Positions 1 to 12,292 of a DNA stretch of 64,000 nt are shown here, one piece after another. The stretch covers positions 6,386,001-6,450,000 of the forward strand of contig CM035354.1 in assembly GCA_020137815.1 (NCBI GenBank). Reading direction: 5' to 3'. The DNA comes from Hormiphora californensis (Eukaryota > Animalia > Ctenophora). Both the position numbers and the translations under genes were made by a program. How positions within the stretch are numbered: position 1 is the first letter of the stretch; every line of letters begins with the position of its first letter. Below the pieces are notes generated by a model. That model was not told the origin of the DNA. It ran no database searches and saw only the letters and a list, made by a program, of their open reading frames with translations.

Positions 1-67
1 ATGCACTGGTTAATAGGGCGAAAAATAAACAAGAAAGTTAGAAAAGAAACCGATTTGTATTGTGGCG

Positions 68-150
68 GTCAGGCCTGAGGCCAATGCTCTGACCGCAGTT
101 CTCGCGCGCTCCGAGAAACGAGAATGGGTCAGGCCAATGCTCTGACAGCT
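68..150. repeat. Short dispersed element: GTCAGGCCAATGCTCTGAC direct repeats around a TTCTCGCGCG(..)AGAA hairpin
   Basis: Same architecture at 1818-1887; single units at ~1254-1272 (reverse strand) and ~7118-7142. Confidence 0.7.
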
Positions 151-559
151 CGGACATATTTTTACTGGTTTCTATGAATGGACAATTAGCCATCTGGTCT
201 GCATGAACCCAACCATAAAAGCGAGAAAGAGAAAGGGAGAGCGAGAGAAAAGGGGTGGGGGATAAGACATATGTAATATAAACGTTTCGCTTGATGGCAT
301 AGGTAATAATATCGGCGGACGCCAGTGGTCCAGTTTGCTAAGTACAAACCGATTATGTAGTAGGGGTCCCCTTTTATGAGAGATTCGTCGAGTCGACGAC
401 AAATCTTTCATAATCCTAAAGTTAAGAGGAATCGATTTACTCACTACATATTATCATTAGAGTGTTAATCGATTCCTGTTTATTTGGCAAAATCTAATTT
501 TTGAATTGCTCCCGAATTGCTACAAAAGAAAGCCGAAAAAAGTAATTTCCCCCTATTAG

Positions 560-3031
560 TTACGACAAGTCACCTTTGTACTACCAATGCGCATCTGTGG
601 CGGAGAAACTCATGCCCTGGGCCTCTGTTAGGACTCTTCTTGATGCCAACCTTCTAGCAGACAAAACACCGGTAAGATATTCTAAGTTGCAATCAGGGCG
701 TTGTTTTTCCGTGATGGGGGATATGGATGAGGCAAGTGCTAACAGCTGGGCTTGAAGATCTTAAAAGAGACCTTAGAGATCGGGAGAGAATGCCGTTTTA
801 GTGGGGCCAGGTGCCAGTGGGACAGGTATCATGGGCCAGCCTACCATCGTATCATGACACTATATTCCCAGGCAATATCTGTTTTTGAAAGCCTAAAGAG
901 TACACTGGAAAGTGCGATTGATGCCGTTTCGGGGACCCTCAGCCCTGAGTTCACGACCCGTCTCAAGAACAGAGCCCACTATCTCCGAGAGAAACTAGGG
1001 TACCCTTCATGGCTACTGGAGGCCAAGAAGGTTGACGAGTATTACAACAAAATGGTAGGTGATTAACCTCTGAATGGGCCCTACAAATTATACAGGGAAT
1101 CCAAAATCTTAATTCTTGTAACTCTTGTAATTCTTTTGGGTAATAGAGCTCATTTTGAAAAACTATTAAATCGGCGCTGCGGACCCCATCTGAGAATCAA
1201 ATCGGGGTCTGGCGACGCCAGACAGGGGCTGTTTCATACCGTTTCATACCCTGCTAGAGCATTGGCCTGACAGTTCATACCAATCGCCAGGGATTTAGTT
1301 TGGACGCCAAGGACTACTTTGGCAACGTAATGGCCATGTCACAGTTTAGGAAAAGCAACGTGCTTCTTTCAACTGAAGAACAGTATACAGACGGAGAGGG
1401 GTAAGTAGAAATTAAATATGCTTATAATTTCACCTTACCCATACATTGATGAACGTGACACCTGTCAGCGCGATACCTAACATTGTGACTCCATCACTCC
1501 AGTCCAAACCATCCCATATTCCACTAGGTGGGACACATTCTACGGGGACAGTGAGGCATCATATTATCTCCACGGCAACCAGATCTACATTCCTAATTGG
1601 TATCTCTTCGCACCGGTTTACTCTCACCAAATGCCTGACTCCTTCAACTACGGGGGAATGGGAACCTGGGTCGCTTACTACATGGTCTATGCCCTAGAGG
1701 ATGACTGTAAGTGATTTCTCAAACTTTGTTGAGTACTCAACATCTCAAACTAGGATCTGAAGTTTAACTGCGGAATCATAATTCACAAAGGGCCTGATAG
1801 GGACCCTCACTAATACACTGTCAGGCCAATGCTCTGACCATGACAGTTCTCGCGCGAGAATAGGGTCAGGCCAATGCTCTGACAGCTAATACAAAGGTCC
1901 CTAAGGTCCATAGGGTCCTTATAATTCCCTACTCCAGAGGGTCCCTAGCGTGGTTGAGTTTGGTAAAATTACTCCCGATTCTTCCCACACAGATCGACAG
2001 TATTATGATGACAAAGGTCAGATCCTGCCCCTGAATATTAGTGAAGCAGATGGAAATGCTTATCAGGAGATCAAGAATTGTAACAACTTCATAGCCAACA
2101 AAACCTATCTCCCACCGGGCGTTGATAAACCGGTAAAGATATTACATTTAACAATTAACATTTAACATCATCAATCATTTGATCGTTATGATCTAATCCG
2201 GGGCTCGGTTGTTGAGTAAGGGGGAACAGGGTCGAGCAAGACAATCATGATCATTTGAGTCGTTTTTTACTAACACACAGCACATCCCATCTGTTTCAGC
2301 TGCCTATAGGATTTGGAAGTAGCATGGGAGTGGAGACATTGCATTATGATATCATCTCAGCTAACATGGCTTACAAGGTACACACTACACACTGTGTAGT
2401 AGACACACTGTTATAGCCTGTGTAGTAGGTAAGGCTATAACAGTAGTCATTGTTTGTCATAAAACAGCAAAAAGGGACAATTCACTGCTTGGGAATGTGG
2501 AGACCTATAACAGTCCTACACCCAATATTTCTAGTAATTCAGGTCCCCCACGTTCCTTGTTAGCTCAACAACATATTCCAGGCATGGAAAAGCAACAAAA
2601 AAGGAAGTCAGTTGGCCCCCGCTTTGCCACCTGATGCTGATAAAACCTTTTTCTTGGCTGTTAGTCAGTTCTATTGTTCTACCCGATACTCCCCCAGCAG
2701 CTACTACCACAGACTGTGAGTATGATGAATCTTTGCATACCGAGAATCGAATTTGATGAGGGTCGGGTGAAAACTATGTGTACATATAACATTATAACAC
2801 ACAGTCATGTGTATTAAAAAGTGCTTCAAATAAACCAGCAATGAAATGAATCAGCTAAACAGTGCTTGAAACAGTGCTTCAACTTACCAAATCCCTATGA
2901 TCAGCTGATAGAGATTTCCCTGTTTCAGGTTGAACGGTATTGCTGCATCACGTGTCGAGTTTACTTCTGCTTTTGGATGCCGCTCCACTGATCCCTTGTA
3001 TAACGATGGTTCGACTGTCTGCTACCTCTGA
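560..3031 (+). CDS. M13 family (neprilysin/ECE-like) peptidase homologue, 3' exons only; zinc motif degenerate
   Basis: Manually spliced exons ~560-671, 872-1054, 1291-1400, 1528-1706, 1993-2131, 2300-2377, 2582-2715, 2929-3031 give KLGYPSWL..VDEYY, NQIYIP..PDSFNYGGMG, RQYYDDKGQ, TFFLAVSQFYC, EFTSAFGC..CYL*, collinear with the M13 C-terminal domain. The 5' part lies outside the window. Confidence 0.85.
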
Positions 3032-3096
3032 TTTGAGCACGGAGAGATAGCTGTAAAATGTTTAGTGACACGTTAGTGGTAGTCAGGGGCTTCATC

Positions 3097-3193
3097 GGTA
3101 ACGAAATTACCCCTAAGCTAAGGCATCGCGGCAGTGCCAGTATGGTACGTTTTACGTGCCCGCAAGGCGCAATGTAGGGGTAATTTCGTTACC
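3097..3193. mobile_element. Tiny MITE with 18-bp TIR GGTAACGAAATTACCCCT
   Basis: Perfect terminal inverted repeats; no exact TSD seen; related remnant near 57190. Confidence 0.6.
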
Positions 3194-3445
3194 AAGGGGT
3201 TTCAAGGGTGTATTTGGAGACTGGTTAGATATATAGGCGGTCTTATAAAGGTCACAGTACACGAATTGTGTACATGTGTAAAAACATTGAACGTGTATAG
3301 TACACAATTTACACTTATACAAAATTGTTCACATTATATCGAGTGTTGTGTGATATGAATGTGAGAGTGTAAATATACGATTTTATAAACCCTTACCCTT
3401 AAATTATCCTACTCTGAGGCAAAACATTACTATCATTGAAAATTA

Positions 3446-3839
3446 GGGTCACCACACACCAAAGTTAAAATTAAAATTAAAATTTGACGTTTTTGGTCAT
3501 AACTCTGCCATTTCTTGGCAAAATTGCTTCATTTTGGGCTTGTTGGAAAGAGGGCATCGAGCCCGTTCTGAACAGCCCAAGAAACTTGAAATCGGCGCAA
3601 AGTGCGCGGCGTTACAGTGCAAAATGTGTGTGTTAAAATTTTAAAATTTTAACGCGCACATTATGCGCCTTAACGCCGCGCACTTTGCGCCGATTTCAAG
3701 TTTCTTGAGCTTTTCAGAACGGGCTCGAAGCCCTCTTTCCAACAAGCCCAAATTGAAGCAATTTTGTCAAGAAATAGCAGAGTTATGACCAAAAACGTCA
3801 AATTTTAATTTTAATTTTAACTTTGGTGTGTGGTGACCC
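3446..3839. mobile_element. Foldback (near-perfect palindromic) MITE, ~394 bp
   Basis: Left half is the reverse complement of the right half (GGGTCACCACACACCAAAG...CTTTGGTGTGTGGTGACCC); AAAATTA is directly repeated on both flanks. Confidence 0.85.
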
Positions 3840-4164
3840 AAAATTACTTTCAATGAAAGTATCACTATCAATTTCTCTCTCTCTTTCTTTAGAGAAAGAG
3901 ATCTCTCTTTCTTACTTTCTCACTTTTTTCTCTGTTTCTTTCTCTCTACCTCTTTAATTAGTTGATGATATCCCTCAAATTTTATCACTTCCTTAGCCAT
4001 ATTTGAAATTGGCACATGTGTTTCAGCTCAGCTGACAATTCGAATGTGTTTGAGATGCTGTGTGTGTTAAATAACTCTAATTAAAAGTAAATAACTATTC
4101 TCTTTCTCTTGATAGTTATAATCTCGGCCCATTCTCGCTTTATTTCCTAAAATCCCCCCTCCTT

Positions 4165-7100
4165 TTAGTCCACTGGACGCACTTCAAACTTCTTCTTCAC
4201 AACAGACTCCTTCTTGGCATTAGTCCCACTACCATTAACTATCGTGCTATTGTTCCCCTGTTGCTGTTGCTGTTTCAGTCTGTTGATATTACCGTCCGAT
4301 GTTGAAAACACACAGTTGATAGGCTTGTACGTTGGTTTGTAATTCCCCTGAAACAGGGAGAGGTTAGTTGGAAAAGCGTGGAACAATGGGACGTGCTATG
4401 GGCGATAAGAAAAAGAATGAAATGTTTAATGAACGTCTGATTTTTTCATGCTCGAACAAAGAAAGAGAAAGCGGGCGGCACACACACACAGAAGAATTTT
4501 CTCAAACTCAAACTGTTTCTTTGTTTCATAGCAAAGCGTGTTTTCATGTTACCAAATTAACTTCAAATGAGTCGTTAAATGTAAAGGGATGACCCTGATC
4601 GATATTTGTAGTTCGTCTCTGTTTTATCTTCACCAAGTCAGGGGCCTACATGGGGTGTGAACAGTGGTGGAGGGGTTGTAGGGAAGTGAGGGAAATTCAG
4701 CATCCATTTTGAACCCGACCAGCTTGGAAATGAACCCTCAAATCAAATGAAAATGAGAGGGAAGCGAGAATTCATATTGCGCGCGCGGGATCCCATGCTC
4801 TATTTTACGCTTACCTTCCCCGACTTTCATTACAAACCACCTGTTTGGCGATAGCGCGCGCGGGAGAGGAGGGCTAATAATCTGTGACCAAATTACATTA
4901 CGGAACCAGGGTTTGGTAAATAGTTTCAAAAAGATTGGAAACACCCACCGGCCACCTGATTTGTGTAAGCGGAATCAAGGGAGAGAGCGGGAAATATACA
5001 TATTTTAAAGAGTAATAATTACTGTTAACATTTATCCAATTTTGGGGGAAACAAGCTTTGATAGACATGAAAAATAGAGGAGGTTTTACAAATGAGTGTA
5101 TCTTGTATATGCTGTAATTACCGATAATGCCGATACGGAGAATGTGCTACACAGAGTGTGCTGCTTGGCTATAACAGAGCTATTATAGACACACACATTT
5201 ATACACGGTTTAGGTTACGTTACAGGCTACTAATTGCTAATCACACGTGAGCCTAGAAGGAAGTATAAGTACAACATTATCACATACATTTTGCGAAAGG
5301 TTGGCACGTGGAAAACTGACACTTGCAGCAGGTCAGTAGGGCAAAAAGGGAGAGGGGAGAGAGGAGAGAAAAACAGAGAGGGAGAGAAAAACAGAGAAGG
5401 ACAGAGAGATCGTGGAAGCCTATCGAAGATAAGATATTGTTATATCGAAATATTGGTAAGTCGGAAGAACGTGTCCGTTTGTCTCATGAGGCCTCATGAG
5501 GCGCCTCATGAGACCTCATGAGGCACCTCATGAGACATTTTCAGCTGTTTCAGTGCCTCATGAGGCCTCATGAGACCTCATGAGGCGCCTCATGAGGCAC
5601 TCATGAGGCCTCATGAGGCCTCATGAGACACTGCTCATGAGGCCTCATGAGACATGTGCCTCATCCCGACTTTGTTTTGATGTCTCATGAGGCCTCATGA
5701 GCAGTTTTGACATGAGGCATGTCTCATGAGGCCTCATGAGGCCTCATGAGGCATATCTCATAGTATAGCTATAGGATTAGGGTTAGGGTTAGAGTTAGGA
5801 CCAGGTTTCGGTTCCAGTTAGGAGTACGAACCTAACCACTTAGCCCTAACCACTAAGCCTAGGGGTTAACCCCAACCAATAGGCGTAGGCCCAGAAGTCT
5901 ATCCTTAACCCTAACACTAACCCTAACCTTAATCCTAATACCAAACGAAAGTTAGGGTTAGGATTAGTGTTTGGGTTAAGGATTGAACCCTAGGCCTTGG
6001 ACCTAGGTTTATCATATTATTATAACAGTTTGCCAGTTTGGGGTTAACCCCTAGGCCTAGTGGTTAGGCTCGTACCCCTAACTGGAACCGAAACCCGGTG
6101 CTAACTCTAACCCTAACCCTAATTCCTATAGCTATACTAACTCTAAGGTGTCATGATATATGCCTCATGAGGCCTCATGAGACATGCCTCATGTCAAAAC
6201 TGCTCATGAGGCCTCATGAGACATCAAAACAAAGTCGGGATGAGGCACATGTCTCATGAGGCCTCATGAGCAGTGTCTCATGAGGCCTCATGAGGCCTCA
6301 TGAGTGCCTCATGAGGCGCCTCATGATGTCTCATGAGGCCTCATGAGGCACTAAAACAGCTGAAAATGTCTCATGAGGCCTCATGAGTGCCTCATGAGGT
6401 CTCATGAGGCGCCTCATGAGACAAACGGACACGTTCTTCCGACTTACCGAAATATTTGTCATTGAATAGGTAATGAAAAAGACGACATCGAAAAAGAGAC
6501 GGAGGGAAGGGGGAGAGAGACTGTTGGAGAAGCCATTATATAACCGAGACACTCTTTACTATGACACACGGACATACACACACTTGTATACACCTAGTGT
6601 AGTGCCATCACTTGAGTAGTATACAACATTACAGTTTACACATGACTTGAGTAGTATACAACATTACAGTTTACACACAGCCGCTAGCCGCTTTTGTATA
6701 ATCTTGGTACATGGTGGGGCAGGGACCTGGGACATAGTCAACAGCTATAGAACTGTGGCTCCGATAAGGCTCTGACAAGGCAGTTACAAACTATTAAAAT
6801 ACCTACAGACAAACAGAGGGTTACACAAAATCATCATCAGGTTACACACTAACCCCCACAGTGGCCAGTGGCCACTAAATCTCTGAAATCACAGAAACAG
6901 TACCACTGCGAGGGGCACTGTGCTACACACTGTTACACAGTGGTCAGTGTACTAGGTAACCTGTCGAATTCTCTATACGTACGGTGACTGTTGAGGAGGA
7001 TGCGAGACGCTTGTATCCCTCAGTAGACATCATATTCTGTATGGCCGTGGTGGGCAGGTAGAGGACTGTAGCACTCTTTTTAAACTGTCTCTTGTTCCTG

Positions 7101-9364
7101 AAACAAGGAGCAAACAAGCTGTCAGGCTAATGCTCTGACAGCAAACAAGCAATTATATTACATGTAGAGTACTGGTGGAGGGACACTCCTGATCCCCTTG
7201 CTGGTAGCCAAGAAATTTGCCCCTCATTCTATCCAGTCTATCAAAATGTTTTCTCAACAAGAATTATTGCATTATGTATTCATAATGCTGTGTTTCCCTG
7301 CCCTACCGTTTCACATGTCAGTGACATTGTCACTGCCAACAGGATCAAGGCTTGGTCATAATGTAATGTGAGATGCATACGATCTAGCTGTCAGTATACT
7401 TCTCACATAGCTTAGAGTTAGCTAACTCCCAATCACATGACACTTGCTAACCAGCTTTTGACATTCCAACTTAACTACTTATCTAACATCTCACACTTGA
7501 CTCGCAAGATGAAAATGTGTATGTAACACGCGAAACGCGCGGCAGAGCATTTCATGTTTTGTTGAGTGGCACGCGCACAAACGTCCATCAAACTGTGTCA
7601 ATGAGGTGTTTGATGAAGGAGTAGCTCGTCACTGTGCGCGCGGCTCTAGTTGCTACACCGTTGCCCTCGCAACGAAAGTGTGACCAAAAAATGTCCCTCT
7701 ACCGATTAGTTAGTATACCAAAATGTCGTTTTCGAATTCTAACCCTGCTATGCCTTTTTACAAAATAAAAAGGCATCCGGGTGAATGCCTTCGGCATTCA
7801 CCCGGGCAGGGAAATAAAATATTGAAATTTGTAGCAACAAATTTTCGATCTATCTGAGCTAGATAGATAGTATCTCCCGAAAGAAATATCACTTACAAGG
7901 ACCCATTATAATAGAGGAGGGAGGCTTTTAGGTCGAAACAAATACACTTTTTAGTTTTAAGTCCTTTTATCATGTACGCTCTATTTATTTTGCACTTATC
8001 GTGATAGTAACAGGTCAAATGCGATATAAACTCTCCATTTGTCGCTGTTACAATTGTAGAACACGTCTAATGACCTTCCAGCATCGACCAGATCAAACAA
8101 ATCACGTCATGTACATGTGGCTCTAGTAAAAACTTATTTCATTGATAACCCGCTAAAAGTTTTTAACGCGTTCCCTAGGGTAAGCTGGGGTAAAAGTGGC
8201 CCATTTTTAACGTTTTGGGTTCTAAAATACGCAATATATACAGCAGGAAGAAAAAAATTATATAGGCTATCCAATGAGACGTTTTCTTTTCAGCCAAGCT
8301 AATTTTTAAAATCTGCAAGTTTTATTTAATGGGTTAATTAATCAATTCAAATAATTTGGTGAGGCGTTTTTTGGAAAATTTGCATCGGGGCAAAGTGGCC
8401 CAAGCCAATAGCATTGCTCGATTTTATCACGTGCCTGGTGTTGTTAGACGAAACCATCAAATTATGGGCAAAGTGGCCCATGTTCTGCACCGGAACATGG
8501 GCCACTTTGCCCCTAATTTGACCGTCTGGACTACATGGCGCCTGCATTCCAATGTCACGTGGTATTGCAGGCGCCATTTCATTGGTCCTAGAGGTGGGCC
8601 ACTTTGCCCCAGACCGGACCACTTTGCCCCGGAGAGTGGGCCATATTCGCCCCGATTTCACAAAATTGACAATTTAATCAACTTAATATTGAGTTTTTTG
8701 AAAAAAATTTATATCAAGATTTAGAAGGATAAAAAACCTAACTGGCAGTTTTTGCAAAATTAAAATCGGCCAACTCAAACAGAAATTACAGCAGTTTTAA
8801 AGCAAAAATCCGGAACAGAACGAGCAGGTCTCCGCTGGAGAAAAAGTCACGTGACCACATGTAATAACTAGGGCCACTTTGCCCCAAACATGGGCCACTT
8901 TCCCCGGTGGGCCAAACTACCCCAGCTTACCCTATAGGCCAATAAGTGATAAAAGGTCGCGTGTCTTTTGATTTAAAAAGACTGCAAATTGTGATAAGTG
9001 ATTAGCATAACCCCTCTTATCAGGAGCGACAAGACATTGGCCCAAACATTGTTCCAGCATGTTCCCGAAGTTTGTTTTTGCACACCTATCACCTTTACAG
9101 AGGTACAGCTTGTCTCTCTTACTCATAATTTATGGGCCACCCTGTAAATCGTGATAAAATCAGTTTGACAAGTTGTTTACAATACCTTACTGATGAGGAG
9201 AGGGACTGGTAACTGCCATGACTGTCCGCTAGTGAGGCAGGGGCAGCCAGGGGTGAGGGTGGGGGATGGAGAGGTGGTCTCGTTGTCTCACTGACATGTC
9301 TGGAGTGACCTCTTTTTGGAATATGGTGGTTGGAAGACGCTGGTGAGGATGACCTATCATCTTT
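4165..9364 (-). CDS. Unknown Ser/Pro/Gln-rich protein, 3' exons
   Basis: Exons ~9364-9186 (KDDRSSSPASSNHH..PPLHPPPSP), ~7097-6983 (NKRQFKKSATV..) and ~4348-4165 (GNYKPTY..KKKFEVRPVD*) join in frame through GT-AG sites. No recognisable domain; 5' end not found. Confidence 0.45.
5455..6448. mobile_element. Foldback DNA element (Merlin-like ends) with (CTCATGAGGC)n arrays and internal TTAGGG/CCCTAA-like repeats
   Basis: TIR GGTAAGTCGGAAGAACGTGTCCGTTTG; exact 8-bp TSD GAAATATT at 5447-5454 and 6449-6456. GGTAA start plus 8-bp TSD fits Merlin. Confidence 0.85.
7256..7814 (-). mobile_element. Helentron-associated non-autonomous element (HINE/DINE-1-like), copy 1
   Basis: Near-identical to 59311-59875. 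On the minus strand: 5' TTTCCCTGCCC, subterminal inverted copy GGGCAGGGAAA, stem-loop GCATTATG..CATAATGC, then CTTGTT end. Confidence 0.75.
8178..8932. mobile_element. Non-autonomous DNA transposon, TA-flanked (Tc1/mariner-pogo/Fot1-like)
   Basis: 15-bp TIR GGGTAAGCTGGGGTA / TACCCCAGCTTACCC, TA on both sides, repeated internal GGGCAAAGTGGCCCA motifs in both orientations. Confidence 0.8.
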
Positions 9365-9661
9365 CTGAGAGAGACAGAGGGAATATTAGTTGGACTAGTT
9401 TTATATCAGCTCTACTATACCATGGCTGTTTTTTAATCCGACTTGTAGTTCTAAAGATGGCCTTGATTAATTTTATATCTCAGCTTGATCGAGATTAGAT
9501 CTATCGATCAATTTATAGCATTCATTTCACAATCTATCTTCTCAATTTGTCCTAGAACGACAGCAAAGAGAGAAAAAGATAGATCTTCCCACTTTGTCAT
9601 TTTGAGCAGCTAATTCTGCTGTTTTATCAGTCACCGTAGCAGCTAGAGTGAAGTTTTAATA

Positions 9662-9832
9662 CAGTCGGACCCCGATTTAGGGACACCCTCGGGGGAAAGG
9701 CTCTTGTCCACTAAATCGGGGTGTCCACTAAATCGGGGTCAAATAAGGTTAATTTCCTATATCGGGGGAAAAAATCCTGTCCCTAAATCGGGGTGCCACT
9801 AAATCGGGGGCTCCTAAATCGGGGTCCGACTG
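9662..9832. mobile_element. MITE, CAGTCGGACCCCGATTTA family (TA TSD; Tc1/mariner-pogo-like)
   Basis: TIRs, TA TSD and internal TAAATCGGGG repeats; relatives at 11670, 40071 and 61085. Confidence 0.9.
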
Positions 9833-10622
9833 TACTACTGACATTTTGGTTCTCACGATACCTAACTCATGAACTTAAACTGTTCAAAATTTGTGATCCT
9901 ACCTGTGATAGGTTATGCAAATAATGATTATAAAATCTACGTACTGTATATAATTTTGTTATAGTGGCAGTTTGCCTCGCTATACTCCACTACAAATATT
10001 GTAAATCACAATTGTGACAGTGCCCCCAGTCTTTATCAGACATGACTGTGAATTTTATCTTGTCAAACATCTCTTGCTCTGTCATGTATCTAAAATATTG
10101 TGAATTGTCTGAGCAAATATGACGTTCTTTAACAAGATCTCACTAGTTGTGACTTCCTCTATCAAGTCGGTGTTAATATATAATGTTGTTCAAATTCTTA
10201 TCTAAGCATGCACTTGACACTGACACATCTCCCAATATAGTTCAAGTTTCATTACGAGATAATATCTCTCCCGTCGAATAACTCAGCAGTCGCGACCATT
10301 CGCTGAAAGTGATCATCGCTAAACCACGAAATTTGTCACTTGTTCTTGACTAATTGGATCGATAATCGATTCTTGCATACCACCTCATTTATTTTCAAGT
10401 TCTTTTTTAGCTTGCTCTTTACTTTTAGTATTCCTCTAAAATTTCTTTGGCAATAAAAGTTTAAAGTGGCATGGTTTTCTCCAAACTTTCACCTTCCAGT
10501 TCCACCACGTGTGCAAGTTTGCAGGTGGCCAATCGACCGTGTAGTTCTTTCACGAAGGTCCATTAGTCATTTGAAAATAACACGTGCAGTATTTCTTTTG
10601 CAACTCTTTCGCACTCTAAGTA

Positions 10623-10685
10623 ATCAGTGAGGAAGTTTTGTTTTCTCCTTCAGCCGGAAGGAGAAAACAAAACTTCCTCACTGAT
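10623..10685. repeat. Perfect 29-bp hairpin with 5-nt loop
   Basis: ATCAGTGAGGAAGTTTTGTTTTCTCCTTC-agccg-reverse complement; 16-bp direct repeat CACTCTAAGTAATCAG at ~10612 and ~10722. Confidence 0.9.
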
Positions 10686-11669
10686 ATGCGGCTAATAAAC
10701 AATCAACCAATCCTTATTCTCACTCTAAGTAATCAGATTTACTGATACTATTGTTGACTTTCCGAGCCAATTCACATCTTAGACTTAGTGACTGTGATTT
10801 CGATTCTCACTCTCTTGAGTCAATGAGTCTTGGCTGCTTGCCTTGGACACTGTGTAGACATTTAATTACCACAGTTGTCTTCCGAGCACAACTGCAGTAA
10901 TTAGACGAACGAGCCCGATGTATCGACTATCGACGGTCGACCCGTTTAAACGCTATTAGTTTTAATAACCAACGTAGGTAGATGGCTATCTCTGAGCACA
11001 GCGCTATATAAGCTAGATCACTTCATCATCAGCCTAATTGTATAGCTTGTATCTGTTTAGTTTGCGTCGCGTCAGCTCCATGACTATAATTATATTGGCA
11101 AGTTTTGATCCTGAACTCAAATATCACGAATATGTTCCTCTAACTCACGTATAATTCCAGCTCTTCAGTTTGGGTTGTCGCTGACACGTATTTCCCCCTT
11201 TTTCTTCGGCCTGGCCGTCTGCAAACGTACCTGAATTTAGGGGGTCATTTGGGTGTGGCCACGACATAATGAATAAAATTAGAAGAATCACTAATTCCAC
11301 TCGACCCCTGGGTTATTTATTTTATGCACACTTTTGTGACTTGGTGAGGTGAGATGAATTAGAAAAGAAGCTGTGGTAATAAACAAGATTGAAACATGAT
11401 AAAGGGAGAATAAGGAATGTTTTTCTCTGTCCTGGAAAATGATCAGAGGTTGGTTAAAACACAATATATTCTTATCATTCTCTCAGCGTGTTTGTGTTTC
11501 AAACAACTCCATTATAATTTTCAGGTCACAAGGGGGAATTATTTAGAATTTATATAAAAATATGCGATGGGTCTCTCGACATCATCTTATCATATTCTAT
11601 AATAACAATGTCTGTCACTTCCCTCAATCTCTCAATCACTTTCTCGTATCTATCTCAACTATAGTTATA

Positions 11670-11841
11670 CAGTCGGACCCCGATTTAGTGGCATCCTCGC
11701 GGGGGAAAAAATCCTGCCACTCAATCGGGGTGCCACTAAATCGGGTTCAAATAATGTTAATTTTCGTACATCGGGGGAAAAAATCCTGCCACTAAATCGG
11801 GGTGCCACTAAATCGGGGGCCACTAAATCGGGGTCCGACTG
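11670..11841. mobile_element. MITE, CAGTCGGACCCCGATTTA family
   Basis: TIRs and TA TSD as in the 9662 copy. Confidence 0.9.
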
Positions 11842-12039
11842 TACCACAAACCATTCATTTTGGGAGCAGTGACAGGTTAAAACAAGGACCGGTTGACTGT
11901 TTATGAAGAAGTTGTCTCTTTTTATTTACAATTCATCTTGTCCATTCGAAAAAATGCAAACTTTCTAGGTCACATGGCCATGGCCCGGTATTCCAGACAT
12001 TCCTCATATTATATCGTCATTGGACCTTATTTTTCACTT

Positions 12040-12292
<253 letters not shown>

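Noticed and set aside
5480-6420. CRISPR-like or true telomere interpretation of the repeat arrays (also 68-150 and 55232-55410)
   Set aside because: No unique regularly sized spacers and no cas genes; eukaryotic context; the telomere-like tracts are short, degenerate and enclosed by TIRs and a TSD.
8347-8724. Overlapping 104- and 122-aa ORFs
   Set aside because: They lie inside a non-autonomous element and translate its repeated motifs; no transposase signature.
9900-10600. Coding-like composition on the minus strand (also ~12950-13500)
   Set aside because: Frequent stops and no recognisable homology by eye; could be decayed genes or TEs and needs tBLASTx.
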